From IMG/VR virus record IMGVR_UViG_3300025087_000051: 14,626 nucleotides of DNA. The stretch is one strand, 5' to 3'. The position numbers and the translations under genes were made by a program. Positions 13,669 through 14,626 of this stretch are shown here, one piece after another (the first letter of the stretch is position 1; every line of letters starts with the position of its first letter). The notes under the pieces are model-generated. The model did no database searches, was not told the DNA's origin, and saw nothing but the letters and a program-made list of their open reading frames with translations. Source of the DNA: a virus. Lineage: Duplodnaviria; Heunggongvirae; Uroviricota; Caudoviricetes.

Positions 13669-14626
13669 ATGCCTCAGTTAACGGTATTGAGCGGTGTTGG
13701 CTGCCCTCCGAGAAGAGGAACGATACGATTGAGAGAAAGATTGAGATCGAGATCGAAACTAAGGACAAGATCAAAAAGATTATTATTAAGATCAAAAAGA
13801 AAAAAAAGAAGAAACAGTAGACTGGGTCTTGGTTTTTTCAAGTGTGCTACAAAAAGTAGAAATGTCGATCCTTCTTCTCATCGTCATTTAAGTAAGTCTA
13901 TGATTAGTCGTCATCACAGAATCAATAGCATAATGAAACGGTTCAAGGTAAAGAAACTGAAATTTAAAGCTACTACGAAAAGAAAAAAAAGAGCAAAGAA
14001 GAGGAAAATTATTAGTCACGTAAGTTCTATTGGAAATCTTTATGGGGGTGTAATGAGTATGCGGAAACGAAGGAAGACTAAAAGGTCGAAGGGGAGAACG
14101 TTGGCACGAAGGGCTGGTGTTCGCAGAGGGAAATGTAAAAAGGTTGGAAAAAGGAGAGTTTGTAGGACTCGAAGGGGGAAAGGACATATTCGTAAAGATA
14201 CGAAAGGACGTAAACATAACTCAACTGGTAAATTTTCAATGAGAGGTATCGGGGGTGTCGGCGGGTTCGGATTAGCTAATGTTGGTGCGTTCAGGGCTGA
14301 TTCTTGCGCTCACAGAGTTTCTAGGGCTGGTTACGGTGGTTGGAGAAAGAAAAGGAGACATAGTAAAAGAAGGTCGAGAGGTCTTTTCGGATTAGGAAAT
14401 ATTGGAATATCAATGCCGAAGGTAAGCTCAATCACATCCATGCTACCATCGTTAAACATTAACAGTTTGAAGAAATACGGTGCGGTTGTTTCCGGTATGA
14501 CCACACCTTTGTTATTGCAACGCTTCCTGCCTAAGAATTTGACATTTGGCTGGAAAGGGCTTTTAACATATTTGGGTCTTGGCGGTGTAACGATAATGGT
14601 TAGCAAGAAAGTACCGTTTATGAAAT
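13669..14626 (+). CDS. Arg/Lys-rich protamine-like putative core (poly)protein, >=319 aa, 3' end outside window
   Basis: Hand-translated and absent from the track because it has no stop in the window; AAGGAG SD then ATG 13669; MPQLTVLSGVGCPPRRGTIRLRERLRSRSKLRTRSKR... open to the edge; four basic blocks, Gly/hydrophobic linkers and a hydrophobic C-terminal part. Confidence 0.9.
   Translation, partial: MPQLTVLSGVGCPPRRGTIRLRERLRSRSKLRTRSKRLLLRSKRKKRRNSRLGLGFFKCATKSRNVDPSSHRHLSKSMISRHHRINSIMKRFKVKKLKFKATTKRKKRAKKRKIISHVSSIGNLYGGVMSMRKRRKTKRSKGRTLARRAGVRRGKCKKVGKRRVCRTRRGKGHIRKDTKGRKHNSTGKFSMRGIGGVGGFGLANVGAFRADSCAHRVSRAGYGGWRKKRRHSKRRSRGLFGLGNIGISMPKVSSITSMLPSLNINSLKKYGAVVSGMTTPLLLQRFLPKNLTFGWKGLLTYLGLGGVTIMVSKKVPFMK

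Larger units (their letters stand above)
1..14626 (+). mobile_element. Fragment of a bacterial virus/provirus genome (early block 1-8750, putative virion/core block 8828-end); ends not in window
   Basis: Co-directional, tightly packed, mostly short hypothetical ORFs; phage-type SF2 helicase, wHTH regulators, Zn-finger microproteins, transglutaminase-like enzyme, basic low-complexity proteins; no host housekeeping genes. No integrase, att site or capsid hallmark seen. Confidence 0.75.

Noticed and set aside
13888-14606. Minus-strand ORFs 13888..14217 and 14331..14606
   Set aside because: Shadows of the open plus-strand frame from 13669, which has a strong SD.
1-14626. CRISPR array, DGR/retron, integrase/att sites, stop-codon recoding
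   Set aside because: No spaced repeats, reverse transcriptase or recombinase motifs seen; genes tile well under code 11 with all three stops used.

Overview
An AT-rich, gene-dense window whose plausible genes all lie on the + strand. It reads as part of a bacterial virus or provirus genome: strong Shine-Dalgarno sites, one near-consensus sigma70 promoter, many ATGA/GTGA/TAATG-coupled genes, and no housekeeping genes, integrase, terminase, portal or recognisable major capsid gene. The left part (1-8750) is an early/regulatory block: small membrane and Cys-rich proteins, an SF2/SNF2-like helicase, two winged-helix-like proteins, a tandem paralogous Cys-motif pair and a 542-aa Met-rich helical protein, with several GC-rich structured intergenic elements and a strong intrinsic terminator at 8717-8753. 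The right part (8828-end) looks like a virion/core module: an exported beta-rich protein, a LytTR/FlbD-like repeat protein, a transglutaminase-like Cys-His-Asp enzyme, two basic-then-acidic bipolar proteins and small membrane-anchored proteins. It ends in a >=319-aa Arg/Lys-rich protamine-like ORF (13669->end) that is missing from the supplied ORF track. Its basic blocks are separated by (M/L/I)xGG and (M/L/I)xGxG motifs identical to the adenovirus protease consensus. The leading hypothesis, which is inference only, is a protease-matured, adenovirus-core-like DNA-condensation system in a probably membrane-containing bacterial virus. All family assignments are by motif recognition, not database search.
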